Part shown: positions 34,904 through 49,200 of the stretch, one piece after another
Layout: each line of letters begins with the position of its first letter
Numbering within the stretch: position 1 is the first letter of the stretch
Assembly (NCBI GenBank): GCA_027604505.1
Contig: JADIIX010000008.1
Location: 1-64,000, forward strand
Direction: 5' to 3'
DNA from: Gonapodya sp. JEL0774
Lineage: Eukaryota
DNA: 64,000 nucleotides
Translations under genes and position numbers: made by a program
The notes under the pieces: model-generated
What the model saw: only the letters and a program-made list of their open reading frames with translations
What the model was told of the DNA's origin: nothing
Databases searched by the model: none

Positions 34904-36423
34904 TCAGAGGCAAAGCCAAGGAGCCAGTTGGTGAGAACGGGCCACTAGGTGGCTTAGGACACGTGGATATGGATGCAGCTTGGCTAAGATGAACGTGTGA
35001 TCAGGCCTTCCATTTGGCGCATCAATTGTACCCCCACCAGCTTGGTCCCATCCATCCACCTTAGCAGCCATCTTTAACACACTTGCCATGTCCACCGCCT
35101 CGCCCACCGCGACCTAAGTAGGAGGTGCATCTCCTCCCCCGAGAAAGGCGCACACCGACACGTTTCCCGCACTGACTCCTATGCGCATTTCGAATGGAAA
35201 TCGCTCCGATCGGGAATGTTGGAGGACTTCGATGGCGAACGACGCGGCAGAGGTGGCGTGGTTGGGAGTCAAGAGGGGCCAACCCGCGAGGGCGAGGTAC
35301 GAGTCTCTTTGGGTAGTTGATATGATATGCAGAAATGTTTTGGTTGGGAGATCAGTGGAAAGTTACGATGTGATTTGACAGGATCTACCGTGGTTGTTAA
35401 ATCAGTAACTACCCAACGATCCCGGCTTTGCACACATTCCACTTTTTGGCGATACTGTCACAGTCTTGCCAGAGAGACTCAAGAGTCCGAACCACATTCC
35501 CGGACTGATGAGCCGAAGGGATGTCGCCGTAGTAAACAAAAGATGTGATTGAAGATCAAGATTACCACTTGGGGACAAGACGCAAACCACAGCATCAAAC
35601 TTACATCCTGCATCCTCACACCAATAAATACCACAGTGCACGCAAGTGAGTCCGCTGGCCGGTGTCTGGCCAAAGTCGCAGAGGAGTGAAATCCTTCATA
35701 GGTGATCGTGTCTTCATTCTCGACAGCGGGGATGATTGTGGCGGTTGCCGATGAAACCGAAGGAACACGAGGTGGTACAATTGCGTGTCTTATTTTTGCC
35801 CTCCGAACTGATGATACTGTGCGGGTTATCTCGTGAACGAGCTCTACGAGAATTGGTGTGCAGGTGATCCATTCAAGGTAGCGGATGGGATGTACGATGG
35901 GTTGCGAATGGTATGGATCTTTTGGAGATTGGAAAATTAAATGAGAAATAAGGTGTAAATAAGGTGTGGAGCAAACTAAGGCAGGCGGAAGGAAGGAATA
36001 AGCTGGAGACCTACAAGGCAGGATCAAGTTTGAGGAGGATGATGAGGTAAGAGATCATCGCGCACAAATTAACCTGGTGATTCAAATGAAAGTGGCAGCT
36101 ATCAGTGACAATGATTGAAAGCGAGGGAAGTGAAACGTACCCCAACTGAGCAAAGCGACAAATTTTGCTTCACGACATCACAATTCAGTGGAGTGAGCCA
36201 GGACATAGCTGCGAAGAGAAAAGCAAGAACAAAGGCGACCAGAGCGACGCCCCGCGGGATGTCCGTGGAGTCTATTCTCACACTCGGACGTTCTTAAAGT
36301 TGGATTCGAGACTGCAAAATTCCGCTGGAGAACCCTCTGGGTTGTAGTGAGAGAACAAACGGCAAGAAAGACGCATCCAATCGCCCATCGCGAGAGTGGA
36401 GTCTGGAGAAACCTCCTGGTCAT
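34904..36423 (-). pseudogene. Degenerate rhodopsin-guanylyl cyclase (CyclOp/BeGC1 family): TM0-TM3 joined to a degenerate class III cyclase domain, TM4-7 absent
   Basis: LSLCSVGVNLCAMISYLIILLKL and PIRYLEWITCTPILVELVHEIT (RhGC TM2/TM3); CTVVF, TLESLWQDCDSIAKKWNVCK, GDSYLALAGWP..HA, MRIGVSAGNV, VGEAVDMAS (cyclase); in-frame TAG at 35114-35116, frame breaks and missing splice acceptors. Confidence 0.8.
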
Positions 36424-37066
36424 CCCCTCCGTACCGCCGACTAAAAGCGTGACATTGTTCGAGGTAGAGCGTATGTGTTCGTGAATATGGGCTGCAGGAG
36501 AGGGGAACTCTTCTGTAAATACGGAAGCACCGAATGTGGGCGTTGAAGTGACCTGGTGGTGATCGTGGTGATGTTGTCATGGTTGAAAGATCAGATGCTG
36601 ACGAGACTACTACGAGCAGAAAATGCCGCACAGATTCTTCCGTAGAACTTTGAGGATGGGTTGCATGAATTGTAACTTGGCATCGATGATTCCTGACTGG
36701 GTGTACTGTATTGTGGATCTGTGGGTTGGGGGCTGGAAATGCGTCATCATGAAACACCCAAGGACTCTAACATCCTTCTCTGCCAATCACGGCAACGCGG
36801 TCCAAAGTAATAATAACAGTGCAATGATTAAATACTCTAGCACGGTACGGACTCATTCCATGTTTTGTGGTGGCGTGAGCTCGCTTGATTCATCCTTCCC
36901 TTTCTCTCTTCTCTTAAGATTGCCAACTGTTATGATGCAGATATGATGCGATTACAGGGTTTCCGCATGGGCATAACTAATGCGCTAATTTTGAGTGTTG
37001 TGTTGGCAAGATTGTGTTTTGGTACAGCCGGAGGCAGCAGTCAGTATCATCCCTCATGCTGATTCA

Positions 37067-39849
37067 ATGAGCAACCACAATCCCCTTGATGACCCGCAAA
37101 AGGACACGCCAATGAATGCAGGGCGTGTACCGCCGATTGAAGAGCACGCGGCCGGCCCTCGGTTGCTTGATAACCCCCAGTTCGGCTCGCTGAGGACCAG
37201 ACGAGCAACATCCCCATCAATCACAATGAATCTCCAGCTACCGGCCGCACAGCCAGCGGTCCCTTCGTCATTACTTGAGTCGATTATGATGAGCGTGACT
37301 TCGGTGGCAGACAAATGCGCAGCTGAAACTTCAGACTCCAGACCAAAAGTCGCAATCCTCAATACCTTGCCTGCAATCCCGACGAAGACCGATGTGGAAA
37401 CGAACCTGCAACAACAGAAGATAGGAGGTCGTGCTATTGATTCGGTATCGTCTTTGGCGGGTACCAAGCCCCAGCAGACACAGCAGCACTTCCAATATGG
37501 CATGCCCGAATCTTCGCGACGCGGATCAATGAGAATCGCTAACATCGCACAACCCATCTCCCAACACCAACAACTCCAAAGCACCGCACTTGACCAAGTC
37601 GTTCGGTCCTACAACTCCGGCACATCGCTCCCCTTCTCCACATTTGTGACATCCAGGGGCGTTCCTCGCGACAACGCCAATGGTAGCAATCCGCAACAAG
37701 AGGCTACATTAAGGTTAATGAATTTCAACGGTTGGCTCATGGCTAGGTCTATCATAACGTCTTTCGGGACCCGTATGCTGAATCGACTGAATGCCGTAAT
37801 CGAAGACGGGAACGTGGTACTGGCTCTTCTCCTGTTAGAGTTGGTGAGAGAGCGCGCTATAGTTCAATATACAAAGATCCTGTAGCTCACCTATTGGATT
37901 TCCATTTCCCTTCACAACCCTCGCGCATCTATCGGCGACCAAATGACGCGACTATTCTGATTGCGTGGCCAACTGCCAGATATTGAGCTTAGGAATCCTT
38001 GGCTTCTTTGTCCAATTTACGTCCGTTCAAACAATACCTTCTACCACCGAATCCGGCTTTTCTGCCTACAATTTCGGTTCCTTTGTCTTCGCGCTTCGCA
38101 TACCCATAAATTGCTTGGGCGGCATCGCGGTATGGCTTTGCATGGATCCCATGGTCAGACCCCTGGCTGTTCCGATTCGTCGTGTCCAATTGTGGTTTCG
38201 GAGACGGAGCCGCAACGGACAAGCGACAATTGTGGAGGATCCGTCGGCTTCATTTAGTTCCAAGCAAGGCAGGGGTGTGGGAGCAGCAGTTCTGGCATCG
38301 GCCGTGTTGGGGGACAATATGTCTGTATCACATAGATCTGGTGTCGGCATGACTACAGGCACGGACATGGAGAGTGGAGTGTATCAACCTGGCGGATCCC
38401 CTCGTGTGAGGGTGGAACTACCAAGTGGGTCCACCATATCGCGAAGGAAGGTGAAAAGGGCGGAAGTTACGAAGAGGACGAATATCTATTGGGTGGTGAG
38501 TTTGGCAGGCTGGGCTATTTATCTGATTATGTGGTACTTGAAAGGCGCCTGATTCTTCACGGCGAAAAGTACATCGTGGGCACCTTTGTCGTCACCCTCA
38601 TCTCTTCAGTATACTACGCCTCGCTTTTGAATGAATGGGAGCTTATGGAGGACCTTTGTTTGGCATGTCACGATAGTACGTTACCCATGCCGGCATATCA
38701 AAATGTGTAGCTCTTATTCCCGTCCCGTCACCCCGGGAAACATCTACCTGGCACACATAGAGTGCCTGCCCGAGGTACAGCTGAACATTCCGCCTCTCAT
38801 TCAAAGGTGTTACGCTTCTGAGAGAATAAACGTGTACACAATGTGTGATTCTTGTGAGTGGAGGCACACTATTTCACCTGACATATATCTTAAAATTTGT
38901 TTGAAGGTTTGTCCAGAAAGATGATTCCCGTACTCAAAGTAGATGGCGGCACGGTCTTCGCCATGGAACGCATCAATCAACTAAAAATCTTTTTCCAGGT
39001 ACAGCTTTTGTTTAATGTGAGTGCAGGCCCAGCCTCTCATTGGTAGGTACTCGATCAAGTGTCCTCACTTGCTGGCACACATTATCCCAGGTCGTTGTCA
39101 CCCATTGCGTCATCTCGCATTTCCTCTTGCACTTGTCCGTCAACTCTCGTCCAACTCCGCTTCCAAACCCATATCGAATGCAATCCAGAACGCTTACCGG
39201 TATGCGTTCCCAAGGATCTGCCGTCACTTTTGAAGCTCAGATAACAAGTGGACGAAGATCACCAAGAGGAAGACCTGGTCCAAAGGATGCATTGCCAATA
39301 ATTGATCATGTAGACGATGGGAGTCCACTTGCAGCCACGGAATCGGACTACTTACCAATAATGTCGGGGGTTTCGGCACCGACTGAAAAGAAGTCTGCCC
39401 TGGTGAATAGCGAAATATTTGTCGAGGACACACAAGGGAGCCAGCACAGCGGCTTTTCTGGCCAGTCTCAACGGAAAATGGCACAGGGGATGCACCGCAC
39501 AACTTCCTCTTCTGGTGGAGGGTCCGTCCTGCAACATCAAACAACAACTACTGCATCACCATTCTCACCGAATGGGTTGCTGGGAGCGCATGAAAGAATG
39601 AGCACTCTTGAGCGCAGGAGAGTGAGCGTGGACATGGGGCAAGTGCAGCTGGCGATGAGCACAGGACCGGTGATGGCTGGCACCTTGGAGCGGCGGCGCG
39701 GGGCAGGCGATACTTTGCGAAGGATGTCACTGGTTTCGGAGGCAATCGCAAGAGGAGCTGCGGTAGAAGCCGTCGCGAACCCTGTAGGAGATTTTATTGG
39801 AGGTAAGGGAGTGGGAAGTAGTAGCAAGAGCGTGCGGTCCAGATCATAG
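37067..39849 (+). CDS. Hypothetical multi-pass membrane protein with long disordered termini, multi-exon
   Basis: Long co-directional ORFs 36995-37885, 37965-38552 and 39040-39849 with several hydrophobic segments; no family recognised. Confidence 0.45.
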
Positions 39850-40018
39850 ACTATCACATAGACCAGATCAATCTCGGCGCCGAAGACCGGTAGTCTTGGC
39901 TGACTATCACAATTTATTATGACATCAATAACCTATATGTGTGTATGTATGTAAATATGTATCAACGGTAGCAACGTCGTCAACGACAGAGAAACAGTTC
40001 AAACAGGCAGACTGAGCC

Positions 40019-43000
40019 TTATTGTCGCCCAGCACTCCCAGCACTTGCAGCTCTTCTCCCCCACACAGCTTCACGGTATTTTCTTATGGCCGATTCTTTG
40101 ACGTTGCCTACTCCTTTTGCTCTTACAACAGATCGCAACCGAGCCCTATGAGCATACTCCTGGACAGGGTCGACCTCCTCGTCATGTTCCCCATCAATCA
40201 ATTTGACAGGTGAACGAGAACGGAATGGCACGCGAATGCGGGTCAGAGGGGAGGTTGAGCGGAAGACGAGGTCAAGGAAAGGGTGAGGGTCGTAAAACGA
40301 TGATGGCATTTCCTGCCGAATGAAAAACAAGCTCGTTTAATGGAGAGATAATATTGCAGTGTCTGGCACTACGATGAATCAACAATACAGTTCAACTGAG
40401 GCAATCAAAGACTTGCCTTGATAAATCGCCATGCATCAAGTCCATCTGTCATCCCCAATATTTTCTCTTGGTTGACCAAGAACATAGTTAGAATTACTCG
40501 GTGGATGATGGTGTAACCCTCGCTGAATAGGAAGCGGTGTTATACACAGAACGGTATGGCGAGAAGCATCGCATAGATTTCTCACAAGAACAGGCAATCC
40601 CAGACTCGCAGGGTCGTCTAGCCATCGAGAAGCACAAATTATGGGATGGGTGTCAATTAATATTGGGATGTGAAGCCTACCTCGAAAGGTAGAACCCCGA
40701 CAAACAAAGTCAGCATCCACCCCATTGTGACCACAGCAAGTGGGGGCATGGTTCCCCCTTCCGCCCGTCTAACGCTCTTTCTAGCAAGTTTGTGGCTTCC
40801 TTCCCCTCGCTCCATCCACGCTATCCACTTTTCTACTCCTGGTACCCTGCCTATCAGATATCGCAACAGCACTTCACCCTCTACTTGTGCCCCTGCCATG
40901 CCGTCCTCTGAATACAGCTTTCGAGGAAGAATGTCGTCAACAAGCTGAGCGAGGAGAAAGAATGTAATGCGTTCAATGCCTTGACGCTCGACAAGCGAAA
41001 CGTGTGGTGGAGTAAGAGTTAGAGGCATTAATACGGTAGATTCGTTTCGACAAGTGGGCCCGGTTGGTTGAAATGACGCTCGTGAGTATACGACAGAAAT
41101 CAGAAGAAGTCCTGCTACATAGTTCAAGCCTTGGCAATAGCCGATAGTGTACGATGAATAGCGATTGGTTTTGATTGAGCCACCATGTTGTGGAACGCTT
41201 CGAGGGGAAGAGTAGTATACAAAGGCAAGAAGAACACGGCGCAGAGACTGGAGATACGAGTTTCGATGCCACGGTTCTGAGCTGTCTGAGGGCGACGTCG
41301 GAAGTGATTCGCCGACGGGTGAATCTGTAGGACGCAGGTTCTGTTTGGAAGGCACTACCAGTGGCGAAACATAGAAGAACGAATTCTCCGGAAAGGTTCG
41401 TGGTACATCTGAGGGGAGAAAATGTGGTGCAAACCAGAGCACTCGACAACAACGGTTTGAGTTACTAACCTCTCTCTAAAACAGTTACACTGTTCTCTAC
41501 TACCTCCGAAAACTCCACACCGTCCTCTTTCCACTTGCTCAAGTAGTCCAACCACAATGGTTTCTCATCTGCGGTGGCCCCTCCATCCAGATGCACTGGT
41601 TTCATATAGGGATTCTCCATTGCCGGGTCATCGTGAGGACGTTCACCGTGGAGATTGAGAAGATGTTCATAGAAGCCAGGATTTCGGATGAGAAATGATG
41701 ATGCACCAGAGTACTCCAGCCATGCCTTCGGTATCAGTCAACGGAGTGGGTTTGGATTGGTTCTAGGACTACTTCAAATCCGTGCTCACCCTTCCCCTGA
41801 TTTCTGGCGGTATTCCCTTCCTCACATATCGTTTTAGCCTTTCTCCAGAATCTCCGCCGTCATCCCATTCCCAGTCTTTTCCGGCAGATCCGACTTCAAT
41901 GGGATCAGACACTAACCTCCTTCCAGGTTTCCGCTTGCGCTTAGGGAGGCGCCATCCACTTCCCCAGTCAGTATCACCATACGCTCTCTCGGTCGACTTT
42001 CCCTCTACCTCCAATGACATTGGAGTTGTAACAATGCCCTCTGCGCTTTTGTGACGGGCAGAACGAGATTGTGAGCGGCCGTGGTCCCGAAAAAACCCTT
42101 CGGAGGATGTCACAGTGAGCGAGTCCCAGCGTGCACGGCGACGGAGGAGAACTGCGTGGTAATGGCGATCAAGGGCCAATCTGTGGGCTCTCGCAGGTTG
42201 TGAGTGTGGGCGGAAACCATATCGATCTCTGGAATGCGATAAACATCTTGTAAGCATGAGCGCATGATGATAGTAGAGTTCAAGAACTGAACTCTCGAGC
42301 GGAGTACGGTTTATGCGTTAGTTTCCTTTTTTGGCAACAGAACTCACCGTTCCTCCACGACAGGGCCGACAATTGCCAATGTTTCCGATATGCTCTCCAT
42401 GGCGATAGACTGTTGTACGCTTGTTGGCCTTCCAGATACCCCGGACGTTGAGCGATAGAGGTTCGCCAGCACTCCGAGTGAGGTGGCCCCTTTCCCCGGG
42501 GTACTTTGCACAGTTGGTTCAGCGGAAGGTGTGTCGACTTTAGCAAGAGCTGTAGATGCAAGTTGTTCCAATTGAAAAGCAGCTCCCGATACTGAAGGAT
42601 GCTGCTGCGTCGAAGAGGTTGGTAAGGATCCCTCAGATGTGTTGCGTGCGGCAACTCCAACGGCTTCGCGATACAAATTTGATGACTCGTACACGCCGTA
42701 ACCTTGCTGCATTAACGCTTGGTCCATCTTTTCGGACATGCCTGGTTGACTGGATTCGGGATGAGACTGAAGGGCACGCGAACCAGCAGTCACTACAGAT
42801 GAGTTTTGCGAGAGCCCAGAAGACGCCAGCTGCACAGAGCCTGGTATGTATGGTTGACTAAGCTGAACGGACCCGAGGTTCTGGGATCCTGGTAATGAGC
42901 CCAATGAGATGGAACTGCCCAAAACCGACGATCTCCGGCCACCTGAGTGCCCAACAACGCGAGCAGCAGTAGCAACCTCTTCCGCAAAAAATCTAGGGAC

Positions 43001-43918
43001 GTGCAAAGCCGCAAGAGAGGGTCTCCGAGAATGGGCAGGTGTGGAAAATACTGAGGTGTGTGGATTTGTAGGGGTGGCTGACTCCAAAACAGAGACGTGG
43101 TCCAGGCGAGAAGCATCAATATCACTACGAGAGTTGCTAGAAGAAGCTCTGGATCCTCCAGAGCGTTGGTGAACAGGTGGGGGGAGGGCTTCCAGTTTCG
43201 CATATATGTACGAAAGCGCTTCAACTGGCTTGTTTACACCATGAATTAATTGCACATCCACCAACTTGGAAGAACTGTCTGTAGAGGTTTCTGTGTGCGA
43301 ATTCTCGTTTGGAGCAGGGCTCGCCTTTTCGGCTTGACACAACTCCACAACAGGGAGACCATGACCACCTGCTGTTGCAGATGCGGAGTCGGCCACAGCC
43401 TTCAGGGCAACTCCATTTTCTTGAGTCCCAATATATCCGTTTGCGGCAGCAGCAACAGCTCGGAGTCGATACCCACCCCCGGTTGCCGAACCCACTTGTA
43501 TACTACGGAGTGGCTCCAAAGGGGGTATAACAGGGAGAGCACCAGTCAGACCCGTGTACTCAATCTTGGAATGTGTCGTCGGACGTTGAGATTGCTCGCC
43601 CATTATATCTACGCCACCGAGCGGTGCAGTCAACCCAGTGTTGGAACTCATGTCCGATTTGGGGAGCGAAATATCATTGGAGACGTTGGTCGGTCCCTCT
43701 CCACCCGAGCCATTCATTGCAAACGTAAAGTTTCTCCCGATTTCTGTCGCGCCATCATAGTCCCTGCCAGAATCGGTCGAAACATCGAGCGTGACACCGC
43801 TCCTTGCCGTTGCTGTCACGAAGGAACCCAACGCTACTGGCGTTGCCCCTGCCCCACCATCTCCTCGCATCAACGGCAAGTCTTTCTCAACTCTTGGTTG
43901 GGGGAAAAACGATGCCAT
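40019..43918 (-). CDS. Rab-GAP TBC-domain protein, multi-exon
   Basis: RDRYGF, LKRYVRKGIPPEIRGR, DVPRTFPEN, IGYCQGLNYVAGLLL, WMLTLFVGVLPFE. Confidence 0.9.
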
Positions 43919-44273
43919 TTGGACGACGGCCTTTGGGACAGGAAGAGCCCTCGTTGTCCGCAGCTCCCCTCCATACTACACCCACCGCTAAAACGGTCAT
44001 ATTATTATAATAACAGAAGTGTCTGCCTCCGAGGAACTGAGACAATAGAGCTGTAAGACGATTGTAGCGAAGCTCCCCACGGACTTTGACAGTGCCACCC
44101 CACCCCTCTTCTTCACATGCAACGGAAAATGTCCCCTCCAGTTTATGTTCCCTGAAATCGTTGGTTTAATATTATTCTATCATCGGGATCATTTGAGAAC
44201 TCCATTCTTCCACTTCTAGGATCATATGTACATGTACTAACGTTGTGCAAACGTTACATGAAGCAACTGGCAT

Positions 44274-45406
44274 TCACGACGAGCTTGTTATCCACTCAAA
44301 AGCGCAAGGTTCACCGCCAGGCCTACGACCTGAAAAGAGCATAAACCGCAGTGTCACTCCAGAGTCATCAGTTTCGAATGTTTTTTCGTTCGATGGCTTC
44401 ACACCACGACGTCCGGACATTTCCTCCACTCGTATATCTACAAAGCCCACGTCCTCCAATATTCGACTCAATGACCACCGCGTGTGCAAGTACCCAAGCT
44501 GACTCTCTGCTCCATACACCCCATCTTTGCGGACATCGATGCCCCCTTTCAGATCTCCGGTTATTCCGACAGTGCGCCCGAAAAACAAACCACCAGGCCT
44601 GAGAAGGGAGAACGTTTTGCGAAGCAGAACTGGAATAGTAGACTCAGTGAAAAGATGCAAAAGTGATCCAGCGTGAATAAATTGAAAATGTGCGTTCAAA
44701 TGGTTGATTGTTTCAGGGGAGTAGCTTCGAGAGATGGGGAACGGTAGGTGTTCCTTGTCTGGGGCGACAGTCGAGCCATTCATATCTTCTGAAGCGAGAA
44801 ACGCGTTGTCCAGAATGTCTCCGAGCATAAATGCAATGCCCGACGTGTCAGTGAAATGGCCATCCTCGCCAAGGCCCCCATCATATAACTTTAGACCACA
44901 ATCCCAAAATGTCTTGTCAACATCAAGTCCAACCAGTTCCTTCTTGGGGTATCCATCTACTGCAAGTTTTCGCAAATCGTTTCCGAAGCAGGTTCCAAGG
45001 TCCAAGAACGGTAAAACACAGGTGCTGGCGGCGCGGGCATTGAGGACTGACCGGTAGACTGGATGAGTGACGATACGCGGAAAGAGAAACGTGAGCTCCG
45101 CGATGCATCGGTAGGCGAAGTGCTGGGAGAGCTTCATTGATGAACAAATCGAAAACTCGCAGCGAAAGAAGAGACTATCGGCACCTTCATTGCACTTCTC
45201 CAGACTCGAATCACATGCTCTCTCAGCAGTGCAAGGTTGTATTCACCCCGGTACTGTGCGAGGAACTCCAAATCCAAATCGGAGATAACTGGACTTTCGA
45301 TGAGATCAGATTGAGAGGAGACTAGTCTGGGGGTCTGCACGATTTGGCGAATCGTATCGCTTTGGGCTGAAAGGTCGATCCGGTCGTTTTGGTCGCTGGC
45401 GCTCAT
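44274..45406 (-). CDS. Class I SAM-dependent methyltransferase (fungal ausD-like family)
   Basis: YRCIAELTFL, FLDLGTCFGNDLRKLAVDG, IHAGSLLHLF, LLRPGGLFFG. Confidence 0.85.
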
Positions 45407-46214
45407 GTTCAATTCAGCCCTATTGTGGTTTGTCATAGTCTGGCGCATCCGTTTGTATGGTCTGGTGACGTCAATGTTGGTAGACCGAGTGATAATTGAG
45501 TGTGTCTGTGCCACAGAAGCACAAAAACGGGCAGTGAGACTGAACGTGACGCTTTGAGGGGAAAATTAATTATGTAATAAATAGATGCTTATAATTCCCC
45601 CACACACCTTGTGCCTCCGGTTCCTGGTTTGGGTGAACACAACATTGCTGCAGCATGCTGAGTTCAATTCGCCTTCCCGCACCGTGGAGAGTAAAAAGTA
45701 AGCCATTAACGATATGAGCAAGCTGTGTGCGAGCGTTTTATTGTCGCTTAACATGTGTAATGGTATTAATGATGTTATGGCAATGTTATGTCCTGTCCGC
45801 TACTACCAACTTCTGTACTGCTCCAGGGGCGCGGAACTGGAATTCAAATACTCTCTCTGAACTGTTTCTGCAAGGTGTGATTGATGGGAAGGAAAAATTA
45901 TAATGGCATACTCTCCCAGTGATTCCAGCCGCTTCGCTCCGGCAGGGCCGTTTTGCGTGAGGTGCAATGCGGCTGCTTCTGACGTGGCAGGTGGGTACTG
46001 ACACCTTCACGATCCCCCAGAAACCCAGCCCAGCTCCGCAGAGCTCGGCGACATTGAGAACACAGAAATTTTACAGAGGCATAAATGACGTATGCTTGAT
46101 CTGGGGAGGATATCCCGTTGAAAATCTGTTACAACGGGAAACTGAAAAGTCGCATCACAAAGTGCAGTAATATTCCATCCAACTATTCATGAATACTATT
46201 ACGTCAAACCATCT

Positions 46215-49200
46215 TTAAATCTTTGCCTTAGAATCCTTGGCAGCCCTCCGGGGAGGGAACAACGCCGGTGGAATAGTCGGGTTCTTCATAATCTCTGGGA
46301 AGGAATCGGCGGGAGTGGAAGGGTTCGTGGCTCGGCCATCATTGAAGTTGGTCTTTAATACAATTGAACGGTCATTGCAGCTCGTAACGCACGTGTGTCG
46401 AAACTGACACCCCCCGACACTTACAATCTTGTCCCAGTTGTCCCGAACATCTTCTGCAGTGAATCCCTTGAAGTCAAAGTCTATCGAATGAAAGCGATGG
46501 AAGCACCAAATTTAGTCGCCCGTTTGCAACGTGTCCCATCGACATAGAGATGTGGCGGAATATTTTACTTACAGGCTCCACCAGTGCGCTGCCAGCGAAG
46601 TTTCGCCGCCCACCCGGCGTTAATTTCATACGTAGTGCCCGTCGCCGTGGACAAATCAGAGGCCAAGTAGGCGACTGGCTGAGCAACAAAGTCAGGACTC
46701 AACAGGTCCAACATTTCTTGTGGCATGACGGTTGCTACCCATGAGAAACAAAATGAGCCGAAAAAGAGAAAACTTCAGCAGCACAGGAACAACAAACCGG
46801 TTAACCTCGTTCCAGCAGCAGGTGCAACGGAGAGAACGCGAACGTTGTACTTGGCACCCTCCTTGGACAACGCGTTAGTGAAACCTTCATCAACCAGAAA
46901 ACGGCTGGGTCAGCGTTGCAGTTGCAAATGAGGAGTGTCTTGAGACCCTACCAATGGTACCGATCTTGGCAGCGGCGTAATTGCTGTGGAGGTGGAAGGT
47001 GGAAGAAATGAAGTTCCAAACAACAAGAACGTTACAAACGTAGAAGGGGTAATGGTACGTACGCTTGACTGGGTATTGAATCATGTAAACATACAGAAAA
47101 CGATCAGCTGGAGAGCTTCAAGTTCGAGCAACGATGATTAAACAAACCCGAAGTTCCCGTAAATCTGACGAGGAAACCATTAGATCGGAGTAGAACTCGC
47201 ATTGATAGTTAATGTACTCACTCTGTTGTGATTTTCGATCAACGAAGGGATGATGTCATATATCAAAGTACACAAAATGAGTACCGGAGACAAACTGGGA
47301 GGTTGACTTATTCTCTCACCCCTGGGCGCAACACCACAAGGTTCATTCAGCTTATTAGTCTAGCAACGACACATCAAAAGAACTTACGCTGGTACTACTC
47401 GTGCAGATGACCACACCACTCTTTTGTGCAGTCAGATATGGCCACGCGGCTTTCGTTGTCCGGAAGATTCCGGTAAGGTGGACATCATGACTGGTGATTG
47501 TTAAACACGTCAATAAGTTGGGGTACACATGATTTGAATTCGCATTGCCGGTTCGGAGGGGATGCCTACATGATCTTCCAGTCTTTGAGATGGAGTGACC
47601 AAGTCAATGAATAGTCACAGATGTAAATTGGAGCAATAACTCACCATCATCAGTCATGCGGCGGAAGCTCTTGTCACTGGAAGATGCCGCAGAATAATTT
47701 AACCAATAGAATGAGAGTGAATGAACAAAATTGTGCTGCATACGAACCGTAGAATACCAGCGTTGTTGATCAGGATATCAATACGGCCAAATGACTTGAT
47801 CGCTGTCTCAATGATCTTGTGTCCCTCTAAGACGTTGTCGAAGTTCGGTACCGCCACTCCGCCGGCTGCAACAATTTCGTCAGCGACAACTTGCGCTGGC
47901 CTTGTGTCCGCGCCCCCCCCAAAAGCGCCACCACCGAGATCTACATTGGTGTTTTGACTATGAGATGAAAGGGTACATGGCGAGGACCGCGCGATTGCCA
48001 CTCTCACCGTTCACCACAACCTGCGGAAAACATTCCGAAAGAGAATGTGAGATTCGCCCTAGCTCTTGCGCCAAAACGCAATTCGAGCGCACCTTAGCCC
48101 CGAGTTTCCCAAACAACTTAGCGTAGGCTTTACCCAATCCGTTTCCGGCCCCAGTGATGACAACCTTTTTGATGGATTTGTGAAGGTGTTCGAGTTGCAC
48201 GAAGCCACGGGGATCAAAACACTCACCACCTTCCCGTCAAACCTTACTGGGGGACCTTGTGGGTTCGGGGGCGATTTCTTGGCGGTTTCAATAATTTCGA
48301 GGGCAGAAATACCATCCCGGTTCGTGCGCGGGTACGTTGAGTCAGTGAAGTCCTCCACTTTGTCCCACGAGGCCGCGACTGCTGATGGAGTGAAGGAGGG
48401 ACCAGTATTCCAAACCTTGCCTTTGGTTTTGTTCCACCGGATCTCGGAAATCCATCCTCCACCAAGCTGCAATGGAAAAGCATATTCATAAATTTTCCTC
48501 ACGAACTTTTTGAATCTTGAGAAAATACCTCAAACAGCCTTCCGGTGGCAGTGGAGGACTCGTGAGCGAGGTACGCAACAAGCGGGCTGATGTCTATAGG
48601 AACACAGCAGGTTACCGCCCACAATTCAGCGAATTCGCAGGACGAACTCACAATCAGGTTTCATGAGACTCAGCATCGCTTCATCCCACACTGTAGCTGT
48701 CAAGCGACTACCAGCCAACGGCGCAATCGTGTTCACTCTATGGAAACAGCAATTAGAAGAATTCCTGTGCTCGTCAAAGCTTGTTGTTGTGCACGTACAG
48801 AATGTTGTTCTTAGCTCCCTCTTGCGCGAGCGTCTCTGTAAGACCGTGCACCGCAAGTTTTGCGGTACTGTAATTGACTTGGCCGAAGTTTCCGTAAACA
48901 CCGGCTCCTGACGCGGTGTTAATGATTCGTCCAAACTTCTGCTTCTCCATTATCTCCCAGGCAGCCTTGGCGACCTTGTATGACCCGTACACGTGGACTT
49001 TTTGAATCTGACAAGGGGCGAGCTATGAAATGTAGCCAGCAGTCACCCAAATGAAGACCACTCACGATTGCCCAATCTTCCTCTGTCATTCTTGCGAAAC
49101 TTTTGTCACGAAGAATTCCAGCGTTGTTAACTGTGCCGTGAAATCAACGTCTGCTCGACAAGATCAAACAAAAACACATGTCAATTGCGCCCACCGACAA

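Noticed and set aside
7485..35925. RIP-like G>A mutagenesis explaining E>K in the Fanzor and TGG>TAG / AG>AA in the RhGC relic
   Set aside because: Only three inferred sites, and the 77-bp duplicate is unmutated; needs a dinucleotide-index calculation
34904..36423. Functional light-gated cyclase
   Set aside because: No TM7 retinal lysine region, an in-frame stop and lost catalytic Asn/Arg
37067..39849. GPCR or opsin partner of the neighbouring RhGC relic
   Set aside because: Hydrophobic segments are present, but a 7-TM topology or family motif could not be established
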